NCBI RefSeq assembly: GCF_964204645.1
Contig: NC_134028.1
Location: 24,610,345 to 24,674,344 of the forward strand
Direction: 5' to 3'
From: Tubulanus polymorphus
Taxonomy: Eukaryota > Animalia > Nemertea
Length of the DNA stretch: 64,000 bases
The position numbers and the translations under genes were made by a program. Positions within the stretch are counted from its first letter, which is position 1, and each line of letters opens with the position of its first letter. This document shows, one piece after another, positions 51,101 through 64,000 of the stretch. The notes under the pieces are model-generated. The model saw only the letters and a list, made by a program, of their open reading frames with translations. It was not told the DNA's origin and did not search any database.

Positions 51101-54100
51101 GCGTAAACTAACGTCATCAGTGAGTTGTGCATTAGACGAAGCAGCCGCGGCGTTAACGAGAATGAGAGCTGAACAACAGGGCAAAACAGCACCGGACGGG
51201 TCAGTGCCATTTATTAGATTCATTACTGTAAAACTTCTAATAAATCGAATTGATCTCCTACGAGAAAATGTCTCATATCACATGAACAAATTGTAGTTCA
51301 ACCTTAACCCTTTCAGTGCTCACTAATTATACCCGAAAGTACTAGTATGAACAAACAAAAAAACTAGTAATGAATTATAGTTGAATCTGCTCAATTCGGA
51401 TCATTTATTGGGACTGACAAGAATTTATCTGGTTTATGAGAAATCCGGATTAAACATAATTTTTTAATTGCTTATATGTTCGACCATCGATGATATCCTG
51501 ATTAGATCAAAATTTGTAATAAACTGATACAAATTAAGCGGGTTTTACTGAATATCAACGCTTTATTAATGAATGTTGCGACTGACTCATTACAGGAGAA
51601 CGTTAGCTGAAGCTTGTAGCGATGGTGATATAAACGCAGTTCGAAAATTACTCGACGAAGGACGCAGCGTCCATGAGACGACCGAGGAAGGAGATAGCTT
51701 GTTATCATTGGCCTGTTCAGCTGGATATTACGAACTAGCCCAGGTATAACGGTTTATGATTATCCTGGTAGTCAGTTTTCGGTACGGGGCTCTTCATGAA
51801 GCAAAACATTTACAGCAGTCTCAACGCTACCGAGTTCCCTGATTCTGAATTCAGTGAAATATTTACAGCAGTCCTATCTCAACCGAGTCTCGCATAGTTT
51901 ACTGTACTTACCCATTGCCAGCTTTTGGATATCACAAATTCCAGTGGGTAAAAACATGGAAAATAACCTAAATATCATAGGTTCGAAACGTAAGCGGGTC
52001 ACGAGAACACGAGCGTCTGTTCGTTTCCATGGAAACGTGGCGGCTGATTTAAAGTAAAACACGTCTTGTTGTCATTTGTTTCTGGATTCATTCGGGAAAT
52101 CATCAAATATTGATTTTCGTCGAAAAATACATCTACCGAATCTACGCAACAATATCAAGAACAAGTCTAACGACGATATCGCGATATCGGTGCTTCTATT
52201 GTGGAAATTTCTTCTACATTGCCAATCATAATCAAACCAACTTCAGTTCTCCCACGAGATATCAATTTTTCTGTGAGAACTACTATACCAAAAACCACGA
52301 GTCCAAAATTCAATCTTATACATATTTGGAGAGTGGCTTTTTTGATGATAATATGAATCCAGTTTGTAGTTGAAAATGAACCAATTTTGACTACATAGAT
52401 AAGATGAGATGAGATAAGATCAGATAATTTATTACTCTCGACTCCTACCATTTCCATGGTATGCGGTGAAGGGAAAATATTCAGTTCATAGATATTTACT
52501 AAAGAGAAAAAATGAAGATTTTAGAAAAAAACATTACAAGGTTATTTACAATATGTATATACATTTACTATTTACAATCACACACTATAGGAGGGATCTG
52601 TACAAATCTTAACTGTTTTTGATAAATTTTGCGAAATGGAAATTGGAGTTTTTGATATATCAAAGTTTCGAAATGTGTCGAGTGAGTTCAGCAAGTCAAG
52701 ATACAATAAAAAAGAATCAACTGACTCGCAGTCACGCCATCTGTTGGTGTGTGCCGGTACCTCCTATTCGTCGAATAATGAGAATGATTTTTTTCGATGA
52801 TTGTTTTTCAGGTGTTGTTAGCGATGAGAGCTAACGTTGAAGATCGCGGTATTAAAGGCGACTGTACGCCTTTAATGGAAGCTGCCAGCGGCGGATACGT
52901 AGATATAGTCACTTTACTCATCGCTCACGGAGCTGATATCAACGCTCAGTCATCTGCCGGTAAATTCATTTCATTCAATATTCAGTTTCGGTTTAGTTTG
53001 TCCTATTAATTTCAGGAAGTTACACTCGATATCGGTACTTTATCATTAAATTCAGTTTTCTCGATATTCAGATTCAGCTTTTCATTAAATTCCCCCAACC
53101 CTATAACCATGATCTGTCATCTCTCCCTGGGGGAATGTAACATGCTATTCATCAAGAAATAGTATAAAATATTTACACTTGCTCCACCAAACTTATCACG
53201 ACTGACTTTTAATTCTCTGGTCTTCTCCTTCCTCCAGTTATTGTTTGTTTCATGACTCGATGCTTTAAGGATTATTCTGATATCGCGGTGTTTTAGGTAA
53301 TACGCCGCTTCACTACGCGGCGTGTGGCGGTTTCGAGGACGTCGTACGTGTTTTAATCAACGCCACCGGAGATGTGGAAGAGCACAACGAAAACGGACAC
53401 ACTCCGCTGATGGAAGCCGCTAGCGCCGGACACGTAGGTGTCGCTAAAGCGTTACTCGAGGCCGGAGCCGGTATCAACACTCACTCTAATGAATTTAAAG
53501 AGAGCGCCTTAACGTTAGCCTGCTATAAAGGTAGATATGTCCTAAGAGTAAACAAATTCGTTGAAAATAAACCAATTTTCATCGAGTGTATTTTTGTGCC
53601 ATCTGGTGTGTGCCGTCAGTACCACATTGAATGTCTGTTGTTAATGCGTAAATTGTTTTTTAGGCCATTTGGAGATGGTGAAATTTTTATTAGAAGCCGG
53701 CGCCGATCAGGAACATAAAACCGATGAAATGCACACGGCGTTGATGGAAGCGTCGATGGACGGCCACGTCGAGGTCGCTCGGTTACTGCTCGATAGCGGC
53801 GCGCAGGTCAACATGCCGGCCGATAGCTTCGAGTCACCGTTGACCTTAGCGGCGTGCGGAGGTCACGTGGAGTTGGCGAATCTGTTGATCGAGCGAGGCG
53901 CTCACCTCGAGGAGGTGAACGACGAGGGATACACGCCGCTGATGGAAGCGTCGCGCGAGGGTCACGAGGAGATGGTCGCATTGCTTCTCGCTCACGGTAA
54001 GATTTTATATTTATACCATAACTTCTGCGAAACTTCACTTAGTTAAATTAGAAGTTAGAGGGTAGTGAAAACTAACGTAAGCGCAAGGTTGATGTAGAAA

Positions 54101-57100
54101 TTGTGAAAACTAAGCACTGTTTTGCCATTGGTTGAGGCAAGGTAGTTTTAGGTCTGTTTCTCATAATGTTCATATAATGAAAACATTTTATGTGAAAAAA
54201 AATGTGATAATTCCACTTAACAACGATCTCACCTCTTCTAGAGCTGTACAAACCAATTTTATGTAGGGTTTCTGTCATGTTTTTGGCGAAATTTTCAGAA
54301 AAACTTTTATTCAGTCAATGCTCGTATCTGTGCGCCATCTATCCGGTATGGGGTAACTAATTATTTGCTGATTATCACTAGGTGCTGATATAAATGCGCG
54401 CACCGATGAGACGCAGGAAACCGCGTTGACGTTAGCTTGTTGCGGTGGTTTCCTCGAAGTGGCTGAATTCCTGATCAAAGCCGGAGCCGATATCGAACTA
54501 GGCTGCAGCACGCCTCTGATGGAAGCGGCTCAAGAGGGTCATATAGAACTGGTTAAACATCTACTGAAGTCTGGTGAGTAAAAATTGTTGTATTTAAGGC
54601 TTGTTCAGCAACCTAGTCATGCTTAACACGTAACTTACTACAAAGCAATAAAGATTTGGAAAGAAGTTTATTATGATAACTTTAAATTCATGACTATCTT
54701 ATAGTTTTAGTAGAGGGTTTTGGTCGAGAGTCTGCAAAATGTGGGTGAATTTCAGATACCTCGATCTGTAAGAACTCGGGAACAAACTCCATTAGCCTTT
54801 TTCATTTAAAGTTGAAATTTGACATGTTGCTGTTTTCAGGTGCGAATGTACACGCACAAACAGGTACCGGTGATACAGCTCTGACTTACGCTTGTGAGAA
54901 TGGACATACCTACGTAGCTGAGGTTTTACTTGAACACGGCGCTGATTTGGTAATTATATCATATTGAAATTGTTAGAAATCAATGATCTTCATGAGAGGT
55001 TTTAAAAGGGTCGGTCACTCGTGTTTCATGACACGTTGCTTCGTTGGCAGCACGATGTTAAGCAATGAATGCAGTGTTACTAAAATCCTGGCCTATGATT
55101 GGAGGAAACTGGAAATGGTTGGCACATGTTGCTGATATTTAGAGACGTTTCATATTTGTAGGAACATGAATCGGAAGGTGGTCGTACTCCGCTGATGAAA
55201 GCTGCGAGAGCTGGTCATCTCTGTACTGTTCAGTTCCTCATCAGTAAAGGTCAGTTGTGCAAGTTTATATATGGTCAATTCTACTTATTACTACTAATTC
55301 TTCGTATTAAAGATTTAAGAAATCATGAAAATGAGTGGAAAATTGGAAAATTGTCTTGTCACAATATTTCGATCCCCTTTTTATGCCATGTACCATTAGT
55401 CCAGAATTTTTGCATAAGCTAAATGAAAGTTTTATTTTGATCATTTCAGATTGTTATCATGAAATGCTTATGTTATTATATCTTGACATGAGAAAATCTA
55501 GATAAATCATGTGTGCAAAAATGTGAAAAATCCTGGTATTTTCTGAATTATTTCAAAAAGTCAATGACGAAAAAGATGTGAAAATTGCCAAGTTCTCCAA
55601 TAATCTGGCCCCTGAAATAGAGAACAATTCAACAAAATGTTAATAAACAATAATGAATGTTGTTGTGTTTTGTTACAGGTGCCGATGTGAACCGTCAAAC
55701 CTCCACTAATGACCATACGGTGTTATCTCTAGCCTGCGCCGGCGGACATTTACCAGTAGTTGAACTCTTACTCAGTAATGGGGGCAATCCTTCTCATAAA
55801 CTCAAGGTTTGTTCGAAATACTGTCTAGGATCCGGTTCCGCAGTTCTCCGGTGAAAATCTTTCTTCACGGCTGAAAACTCTGTAAGACGAACTGTGGAAC
55901 TGTGTCCAAATCTGATAACCTACAAATTTTATGAACATCATTAACCGAAGAGATATTTTCAATAGACTTGCGTTAACTCAATTCATAGCAATGCTCATAA
56001 ATTTAAGCCTTAACTATCCAACTAGCCGCGGTTTGCGAAAGCGACCCTCTTCAATGTTTGTTTGTTTTTATTCCTAGGATGGATCGACGATGTTGATAGA
56101 AGCTGCTAAAGGAGGTCACACGACCGTAGTCAATCTATTACTAGATTACCCGAATAACGTGTTGAACACGACACCAACTGATTTAACTGCGTATACAACA
56201 CCTTCTGATGCTTCCATTACTGAGGTAAATACCTGATAGTAATATCAGCGAAACTCACATTCGATGATTAAACCATTTATTTTCTGACAGTTTCATATCA
56301 GGGGTTTTTATCGTTCCTTCAAATTCCTTCTCCGTCTTTTTCGAACAAGTTTGGACAAATGTAATGTTCCTTTTGACGAGAAATTATCGTAAGATTTAAA
56401 TTGCGAGTTAAAGGAGAGATTTAGTGTTGTACTGTGCACTGGTGAAAACCTGGTAGATTTTCGCTTGCAATGCTGGTAACCAATTAACTCGTAGATCGGT
56501 ATTACGAGTGAATTTTTGTGAATTCACTGAATTTCCATGTTATTGTCTTTACAGTTGCCTAGAGTTCCGATGCAAGGTTTGAACAATGTAGTTCCACCTC
56601 AGGATCCGAACGCCGTCACCGTCACTGCCAACTATCCTCCAAATATACAACAACCTAATCCAGGTCAGTTATCGAAATTCATTCGTTCTTTATATGAGGG
56701 GCCATCAACAGTTGATCAAGAAGTCATAGGGAGTAGTAGTATCCAGTTCAGCAGTTATAACAAAATTTAAAATTAATTTTAATTTAAACTTGCAAACTGA
56801 ACTGAAAATAATGAAGCCGAGTGCGGTGACCCCTTGCGCTTTGCGCTTGATCAAAAGGTGCTTTGAGTAAACCAGTGGACAGTTGAAATAGTAACAATTG
56901 AAAGTCCAGTATTTATGCAACTTTTCAGCCCTATTTTAATTGGTGTAAAAGGCTTTCATTCCATAACTCTTGTGTTGTTCTCAAATTACAGCTGCCCTGC
57001 CGCAGCCGGGTCAGGTGAATTTGAAAAATTTAAACATACCAGTTCGAACGCAAGAGCAGTTTCGACTGAACGTACAGAAGTCGTTGAAACGAAGTCAACC

Positions 57101-60100
57101 GGGCCAGCCGAGTAGTCAATCAGGCCAGCCGAATAGTCAACAACCGGTGAATCTACTGCCACAACCGATGGCGTTACCTCCGGCGCAGCAACCGCTGAAT
57201 ATGTTACAACCTCCTCCGTTACCGATACAATCCGATCAACTGCCGACAGTGATGACCGACTTACAACCGGACGACCTCGAGCACGGACTCGCGTTGGAGT
57301 TGGATAAAACCGACCTCGACGAGAACATGAAAGCCAGCGAACGCCTGGAGCACTTCATCGATAAGATGATGAAGAAAGCCGAGCTGTTGAACACGACTCG
57401 CGAGGAACAAATACTGAAAAAACAACAAATCCTCGAAGAGCTGCAGAAAGTCGAACGCGAACTGAAAGAGAAAGCGCAAGCGCAGCTGTTACTGAGCGCC
57501 GCCGAGAAAGGGAATAAAACCGGCGGAAACACATCGGTCGACGGTCAACCGGTCGATGTAGGCGGAGTCCAGGTCAATGGTCAACTGGTTGATCTCGGAG
57601 CGGTCCTGGTCGACAGCCAGTCGAATGATATTAATAACGACGACGGGATGACGCCCGGTGGCGACTCGGACCGACCGTTACAGGCTGTCGACGACGACGA
57701 CGAATATCTAGACGAAGAGGAGGAAAATGACGAGGAAGGCGATGATGAAATGAGCATCGAAGACGAAGAGGATATACGTGAAACGACGCGAACGGAAGGC
57801 GACGGAGTCGAAGACGATTTAGACGAAGACGACGATTATGACGACGATGAAATTTTAGACGAAGATGACGATGAGGATGATGTTGATGATGATGACGATG
57901 ATCTCGATGAAGAAGACGAAGACGACGATTTAGACGCGTGTTTAGACGATGAAGACGACGATGATCTCGATGATGATGATCGTATACCGATGAGCGAACA
58001 TATCGAAGCGGCCGTTCTCGACTGGAGGAATTTAGGTCTGAAAATGACCGATTTGCCGATGTTTACGACCGGTCAAATAGACGCGTCGACCGGTTTGATG
58101 GTTGCCACTCCTGCCGTTACACTCCATGAAACATTGGGTAATTTACACTTTTAAACCATTCTCACCTTCCTGATAGTAAAATAAAGCGGAGAATAGAAAA
58201 TTAGATTAGAAACTATTATTTACAAATTAACAAGATTTAATACGAATTATAGTAGAAAAATTAAGGCGGGTTTCAATTGGTCTCCACTGATTCTGGTAAC
58301 GTCTTGAATCTTATGACTTGTCTTGTAAGTTTGTAAGTTCTGTGGCTGGGTCCCTAAAACTTGACTCCTTGAAAAGTCTTTCTAAACAGAAAATGCTTTC
58401 AAAGATGCTTCATGATTTGAGCGAGTGATGTGTTGGAATGGACTGGGCAGCAATTTACGTTGTACTCTTTCTGACTGTTTTTGGGTTTGAATTTTTTCGT
58501 ATCTATTTTTCAGGAATGGCTCAACAATCGTTAGTGACGTCATCTGATTCAACGAATACCGAGTTCACGACGCAGTTATTACCGGGTCAGTCGCTCGTCG
58601 CTAGTCTGCCGGTCGTACCGCAAACGAGCGGCGTATCGGTAATACCACCACCGGCGAGCACGATGGCTGTAATACCGCCGTCGAGTACGGTGACCGTATT
58701 ACCGCAAGGCGTCGCTGTATTACCGCAAACGACGACGATCTCGCTACAGCAGACGACTATTACAACCGCGCCGTTCAACACGCAGCAGATCAATTTCACC
58801 GTTCCGCAGACAAACTTCGTCAATCTGGCGGCGGTCGGGAATCCGGGCGCGTTGTCGCAGGGCGCGTTCCCGTTCCAGGCGGCGAATTTGAACCTGCAAC
58901 AGTTGAATCTGGTGACATCAAGTAGTGTATCGTCGAGCGGGGTCGGCGTACAGCAGCCGCTGGTCACCGCGGCGCAATTCACGACCGCCGTTAATATGCA
59001 GCAGCAAGCCGTACAGGTCGCCGGGCAACAACAACAATCGCAGCAACAACAGGGTTCGATCGTTCAGTTGACGCAGCAACAAGCGGTACAGGTCGCGCAA
59101 CAGCAGGCCGTACACGTTGCGCAGCAGAACTACCTGAACATGCAGCAGCAGTTGAAGACGCAGCAACAAGCGCAGGAGATACTGCAACAACAATTACAAC
59201 AGTTAAAACTACAACAAGAGCAACAACAACGAGCTCAACAAAGACCACAGGTAACGTTCAATTCATACTGGACTCTACCGGTTAATATGACATTTTGATT
59301 TCAATTCATTACGTTTATATTTAAGGTGACTTCATCGAGTCCTACGACAACGTGTTTGCAGCCATTGTGTACAACTCAACAGGTCGTACAGAAAAAGAAA
59401 CAAAAACTAAAACAGAAACAGCTTGCAGTGCCACAACAACAATCACCACAACTTGGGGATGCTGTATTGCAACAACAACAACTTGGTGTTCAAACACAGC
59501 AGCTTGGTGTTCAACAACAGCAACTCAGTGTTCAACAACAGCAACTCGGCGTTCAACAACAACAGCAACTCGGTGTTCAACAACAACAACAACTTGGCGT
59601 TCAACAACAACAGCAACTCGGTGTTCAACAACAACAACAACAACAACTCGGTGTTCAATCGCAACAACTTGGCGTTCAACAACAGCAACTCGGTGTTCAA
59701 CCACAACAGCTTGGTGTTCAAACTCAGCAACTCGGAGTTCAACAACAGTTGCAGCAACAGCAACAATACCATAACTTCCAGCAGTCTATCCCGACCTCGG
59801 CACAACTACCGGCTTTTACTGGTAACTACTAGAATTTTCAAAAATCAATCTCGAAAATACATTTTCTTCCATATTGCAATGAAATGTTTGAAAAGAATTC
59901 AATTTGTTACGGATAGCACTTTTCAGAGGTTGGCAGCCCTGACCAGTTAAACCCCCTCAATTCAGATCAATTGAATTCATACTTTAATATAAACCGGATT
60001 AATTTCATCTGTCCCAACTGATTGTGATTAAGCGGAATCTACTCTGTAGAATTGAAGTTTCCATTGATATTTTAAAAAGATTTGAAATTTGTCTAGTTTA

Positions 60101-63100
60101 ATCTTGGATTTATTGAGACAAATGGTACGATGTGTTTATGTACTATAGGAACGCCTATTATAGACGGAGTACCGATGTTAACGAACCAACAGATGTTGAA
60201 CCTACCCGGTACACCTGTGATCGAACTGGACGCTGAAACCGAGAGTAATCACGATACAGCTTTAACGCTCGCCTGCGCCGGCGGACACGCCGATCTAGTT
60301 CAGTTGTTACTGTCACGAGGAGCCGATATTGAACATCGCGATAAGAAAGGTAATTCGTGAGTCCCAAATATCATAAGTGTCTATAATCAATCAGTTCCCA
60401 TCTTTCTCTTAAATACTCTTATTACACTGACTGGGGTGGATCCAAGAATTTTGCTAGGGGATGGGTGTATTCTGCCATATTGTGGCTTCGCAGTAAAGAG
60501 AAATGATCCATTCGAATTTGTTGATTTATTAGGGTGACCACTTATCTGGAAATGGGAAAAAGTAAGGGAATTTTCATTTCTTTAAAAAGGTCGGGGAATA
60601 GTCAGAAGAATGGAATAGTCGGGGAAACAAGTTGAGATTGTATAATCTAACAGTTTCCTGGGTATTTGACTGTATTCATTGATCAGATTCATAGTAGATC
60701 AAGTCAGGGATAAAGCAATGCATGCGTATAATTTGTAGGTTTTACTCCGTTGATCCTGGCTGCGACTGCCGGTCACACCGACGTCGTCGAGATACTACTC
60801 GATCAAGGAGCCGATATCGAAGCTCAATCGGAACGCACGAAGGACACGCCGTTATCGCTCGCCTGTTCGGGAGGTCGTTACGAGGTCAGTTCAGTCGTCA
60901 CGGTTAACGCGATAACGTTCATTCAGGGTCCCTACAATTCCTTGATTTCTTTAAAACTCTTTTCTAACAGAAATTGCTTTTAAAGATGCTTGAAACTTCT
61001 TTAATTTGAGCAAAATACCCAAATACCAGACACAGCGTTCTTTATAGGCTGAGACTTAAGAGGTGCTGTTTTCATTGTTCAGTGTAGTGTTTTGAACAGA
61101 CCTCTGACTATGAAGAGAGTTGTTTCTACTCTTCCCAAGAGCTCAACTACTCCCAAAAGTATCAAAAGATATTCTCAAAATCGGACTTATTTCTCGTCCA
61201 TTTTGAATCAAACTCCTATTTTTTATGTCAAATTACTTTTTCAGTTTTTTGTGAAATCTACCACGGATAATTTAGAGATATATTCTGGACCCCTTGTCCC
61301 TTCTTCATTTGTAGGTGGTTGAATTATTATTGGGTAAAGGAGCGTGTAAGGAACATCGTAATGTGTCGGACTACACCCCTCTGAGTCTGGCCGCGTCCGG
61401 TGGATACGTGAATATTATCAAATTGTTGTTGACCCACAATGCAGAAATTAATTCACGGTAAGAATAGAAGGTTCGATGAAACAAGACTTGTTTCGCAACA
61501 TCTTTTTGAGTACAACCGTTCGAGATTTAACTATATATAATCAAAATCAGGTGATTTTCAATTATTTCTAAGAGTCACATTTCAATTTCAAAGACAGTTC
61601 GGAGTTAAATCATCCGAAATGAACACGATTGATAGAACACTATATCCGTGTTGACGCGATGTAGAAAGAATCCCACAATTATAACGAAAAAGTCCAAAAA
61701 TGTAACTTCGAGACAGTAGTTTTGTAGTATCTCATTATTCCTGAAGATGACTATTAGGATATAGTCAAAACGTTGAAATAAACTACTATCTCGAAGTTAC
61801 ATGTTTTGGTTTTTTTCGTTATAATTGTGGGATTCTCTCTACATCCGAAATGAACCAGTTTCAACTGAAAGTGTCAAATTTATTTAAAACTTTCAGCTGA
61901 ATGCCGATCGTATTGAGAATGTTATGTGTTTTTGTTTTTTAGAACCGGTAGTAAACTGGGTATATCACCGTTGATGTTAGCGGCGATGAACGGACACACG
62001 GCCGCCGTGAAACTGTTATTAGATATGGGCAGCGATATCAACGCTCAGATCGAGACTAACCGCAACACGGCGTTGACGTTGGCGTGTTTCCAGGGACGAC
62101 ACGAAGTCGTCAGTCTGTTGGTCGATAGGAAAGCTAATATCGAGCACCGAGCGAAGGTCAGTGTTTGTTGTACGTCCGGTGCTGGTTGCATTGTCCTGGC
62201 TAGGACCGGTCTAAGACCGACTTAGTTCTATAGCCTATCGGATTACCTGTTTTGTAATATAACGGGGTGGCCATGATCCTGGAAAACCTGGAAACGACTA
62301 GGAACTGATTTCTCTCAGGGAAAAAAAAACACTAGGAATTCGATTAAATTTGGTAAATATCTGCAAAACACAGGGAAATGGAGTTTATGTTGCACGCGTG
62401 TTTTCCCTCAGAATTGTGTTTCACTCCAGAGTTATGTTCCCCAGTCTCTGGTCATCAGAACAACTTTAATATCTTTGTTTCATGTGGTTGCTCTTAAATT
62501 CCTATGAAAATAATTCAGCTGAAAGTTTCAATATTTACTGGGCTAGCTTACTACTGGATCTGTCAAGATAACTATGTGGTCTTTCCTACCGATGTTCATC
62601 AGAACACAGGGAAAGTTCAGTTTTTACTGGGGAAAACCCAGCGAAAACCCAGGGAATTTGGAGGTGGACAGATTGTGGTCACCCGGTGTAATTACTCAGT
62701 AAAATTCATGGATAGCTATATATAGAATAACAGAATCTCAGGAATCCGGGCCGGAGAAGAACAGACCCAGAACTGTGAAACTGTTCCAGAGTTGAGGAAG
62801 GAGTCAACCATTTCAAAGTCTCTCATCTGTAATTGAACACAAGACTTGTAGAACTGGGTCCTGCAATTAACTGATCTGTATTCTCTTAATGCTGGGATTT
62901 TATTCATTCCTCATTGTATACATTGTGGATGCTAAATGTAAAACTTTTTGTAGTGAGATTTGGGGTTTCCCCAACAATATATTGAGAATTTAGGTTCGAA
63001 TTATGTTGCAATCTGCTGCTATTGTTCACATTATTTCATATGAAAACATAGCAATTCACTGTGTAAGCATTGATAGAGAATGCAGTATAGACATCAACTC

Positions 63101-63956
63101 TTGAGTTGTTGAGAAATTTCAACCGGGGGTTGGCTGATTTTCAGAAGTGCCAGCTGGAGAACGCTGCTGATGAATGTGTTTATTTTATAGACCGGTTTGA
63201 CGCCGTTGATGGAAGCCGCGTCCGGCGGTTACGTAGAAGTAGGTCGTGTATTGTTAGATAAGAACGCCGATGTGAACGCCGCTCCGGTGCCGTCGTCACG
63301 AGATACAGCTCTTACGATCGCCGCCGATAAGGGTCATTACCGATTCGTCGAGTTACTACTTCAAAGGTACATTTCACAACGTACTCATCATCGTTTGGAT
63401 GTTTCTGATGATAATTAGAATTGATTTGATCATAAATACTTACAATTTTATTGTCCACCGCCCTCGGTTTTACGCCGAAATTTTGACTCCCAGATTACAA
63501 TGATTTAGTTAATTGTCAAATATAATGATATTCGGAATCCACCATTGGTCCCAAATTGGTGGATTATACAGTGGACCGCGCTCAAGCCGGATCTTTTCGG
63601 GATGCGAAACTTTAGAGCATAATCTGAATCGGAATAAATGCAATTCATAATTAGGGACAGAAATATATTTTTAAAATGAGTTGATCAGATCCAAATTGAG
63701 CAGAGTTTAATGCATTTATGGTAGTTCTTTGTTACGACGTATCAATAGTTTGTTACTCGACCCCTCTGTTGAAATTAGTGGTTCGTTTTAGCGGTTTCTG
63801 TCCTAATTTCTAGATCAATGATAAAATATGAAGAATTGCCCATTTCTGTTAAGATGACTGAATGTTGACTAATGTTTAGTTGTTCGTGTTTCAGGGGCGC
63901 GGCTGTCGATGTGAAGAATAAGAAAGGCAATTCACCGCTGTGGTTAGCGTGTAATG
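45187..63956 (+). CDS. ANKHD1: Mask / ANKHD1 / ANKRD17 ankyrin-repeat (KH-domain family) protein, 5' part; exons 45187-45405, 48164-48323, 51046-51199, 51596-51743, 52812-52959, 53297-53530, 53664-53996, 54382-54573, 54840-54949, 55162-55249, 55679-55806, 56078-56224, 56555-56663, 56992-58137, 58514-59250, 59326-59821, 60149-60349, 60739-60884, 61315-61457, 61943-62156, 63191-63366, 63895-63956; continues past the right edge
   Basis: Family-diagnostic VDPETQARLEALLEAAGIGKLSTADGKALADPEVLRKLTSSVSCALDEAAAALTRMRAE. Two ankyrin clusters (HKTDEMHTALMEASMDGHVEVARLLLDSGAQVNMPADSFESPLTLAACGGH; TESNHDTALTLACAGGH; TGSKLGISPLMLAAMNGH) and the QILEELQKVERELK coiled coil. The KH domain lies outside the window. 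Confidence 0.96.
48483..48836. mobile_element. PIF/Harbinger-type MITE with ~44-bp TIRs and TAA TSD
   Basis: agcctagcgcacatcgacacagcgattggagacaactagttgcaa / ttgcaactagttgtctccaatcgcagtgtcgatgtgcgctaggct, with taa on both sides and internal gcacatcga subrepeats. Confidence 0.9.
49173..49565. repeat. 28-bp minisatellite, ~14 copies
   Basis: Unit attgagtgtttaactaaattcatccccc; the last copies carry an a>c variant. Confidence 0.97.
52023..52036. promoter_or_regulatory. Perfect palindromic RFX X-box in Mask intron 4
   Basis: GTTTCCATGGAAAC matches the X-box consensus GTTNCCATGGNAAC. Confidence 0.5.
59470..59765 (+). repeat. Coding repeat (LGVQ3-7)n in Mask exon 16
   Basis: About ten caact(c/t)gg(t/c)gttcaa(caa/cag)n units. 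Confidence 0.9.
61658..61845 (+). mobile_element. Penelope-like terminal fragment: ~65-bp inverted arms enclosing a mutated hammerhead (61738-61777); truncated relative at 20206-20286
   Basis: Arms gatgtagaaagaatcccacaattataacgaaaa...cttcgagacagtagttt / aaactactatctcgaag...ttcgttataattgtgggattctctctacatc. The loop holds UUC-CUGAAGA-U-GACUAU(UAGGAU)AUAGUC-AAAA-C-GUU|GAA. Confidence 0.7.
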
Positions 63957-64000
63957 GTAAATATCAGTTTCAAATAACATAAAAGTATATATACTTAGGT

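Noticed and set aside
58587-59950. Poly-N, poly-T and poly-L ORFs overlapping Mask exons 15-16
   Set aside because: Shadow frames of the CAA/CAG glutamine repeats.

Overview
AT-rich, intron-dense animal genomic DNA with short GT-AG introns. It is probably from a marine invertebrate such as a spiralian, but the taxon is an inference. Protein-coding genes in order: NOL12/RRP17 (-, runs off the left edge), a single-pass KCNE-like membrane protein (+), an intronless noggin-like gene with a 36-aa cystine-knot loop (-), UCP4/SLC25A27 (-, 10 exons), a 16-finger C2H2 zinc-finger gene (+), an ACSM-type acyl-CoA synthetase (+, 15 exons) and Mask/ANKHD1/ANKRD17 (+, 22 exons, runs off the right edge). 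The most unusual region is about 28.4-36.2 kb, which has no credible long ORF but looks like a spliced minus-strand non-coding locus. It holds (i) a ~235-bp inverted pair of LINE-tail fragments whose differences are strongly skewed to G:U-compatible changes (hpRNA-like), (ii) tandemly duplicated, mostly stop-containing exons with intact splice sites, and (iii) four [3' splice site - multibranched stem-loop - poly(A) signal] modules. Introns also carry four Penelope-type minimal hammerhead ribozyme motifs and many MITEs. All exon boundaries, alignments and folds were read by eye and need RNA-seq or computational confirmation.
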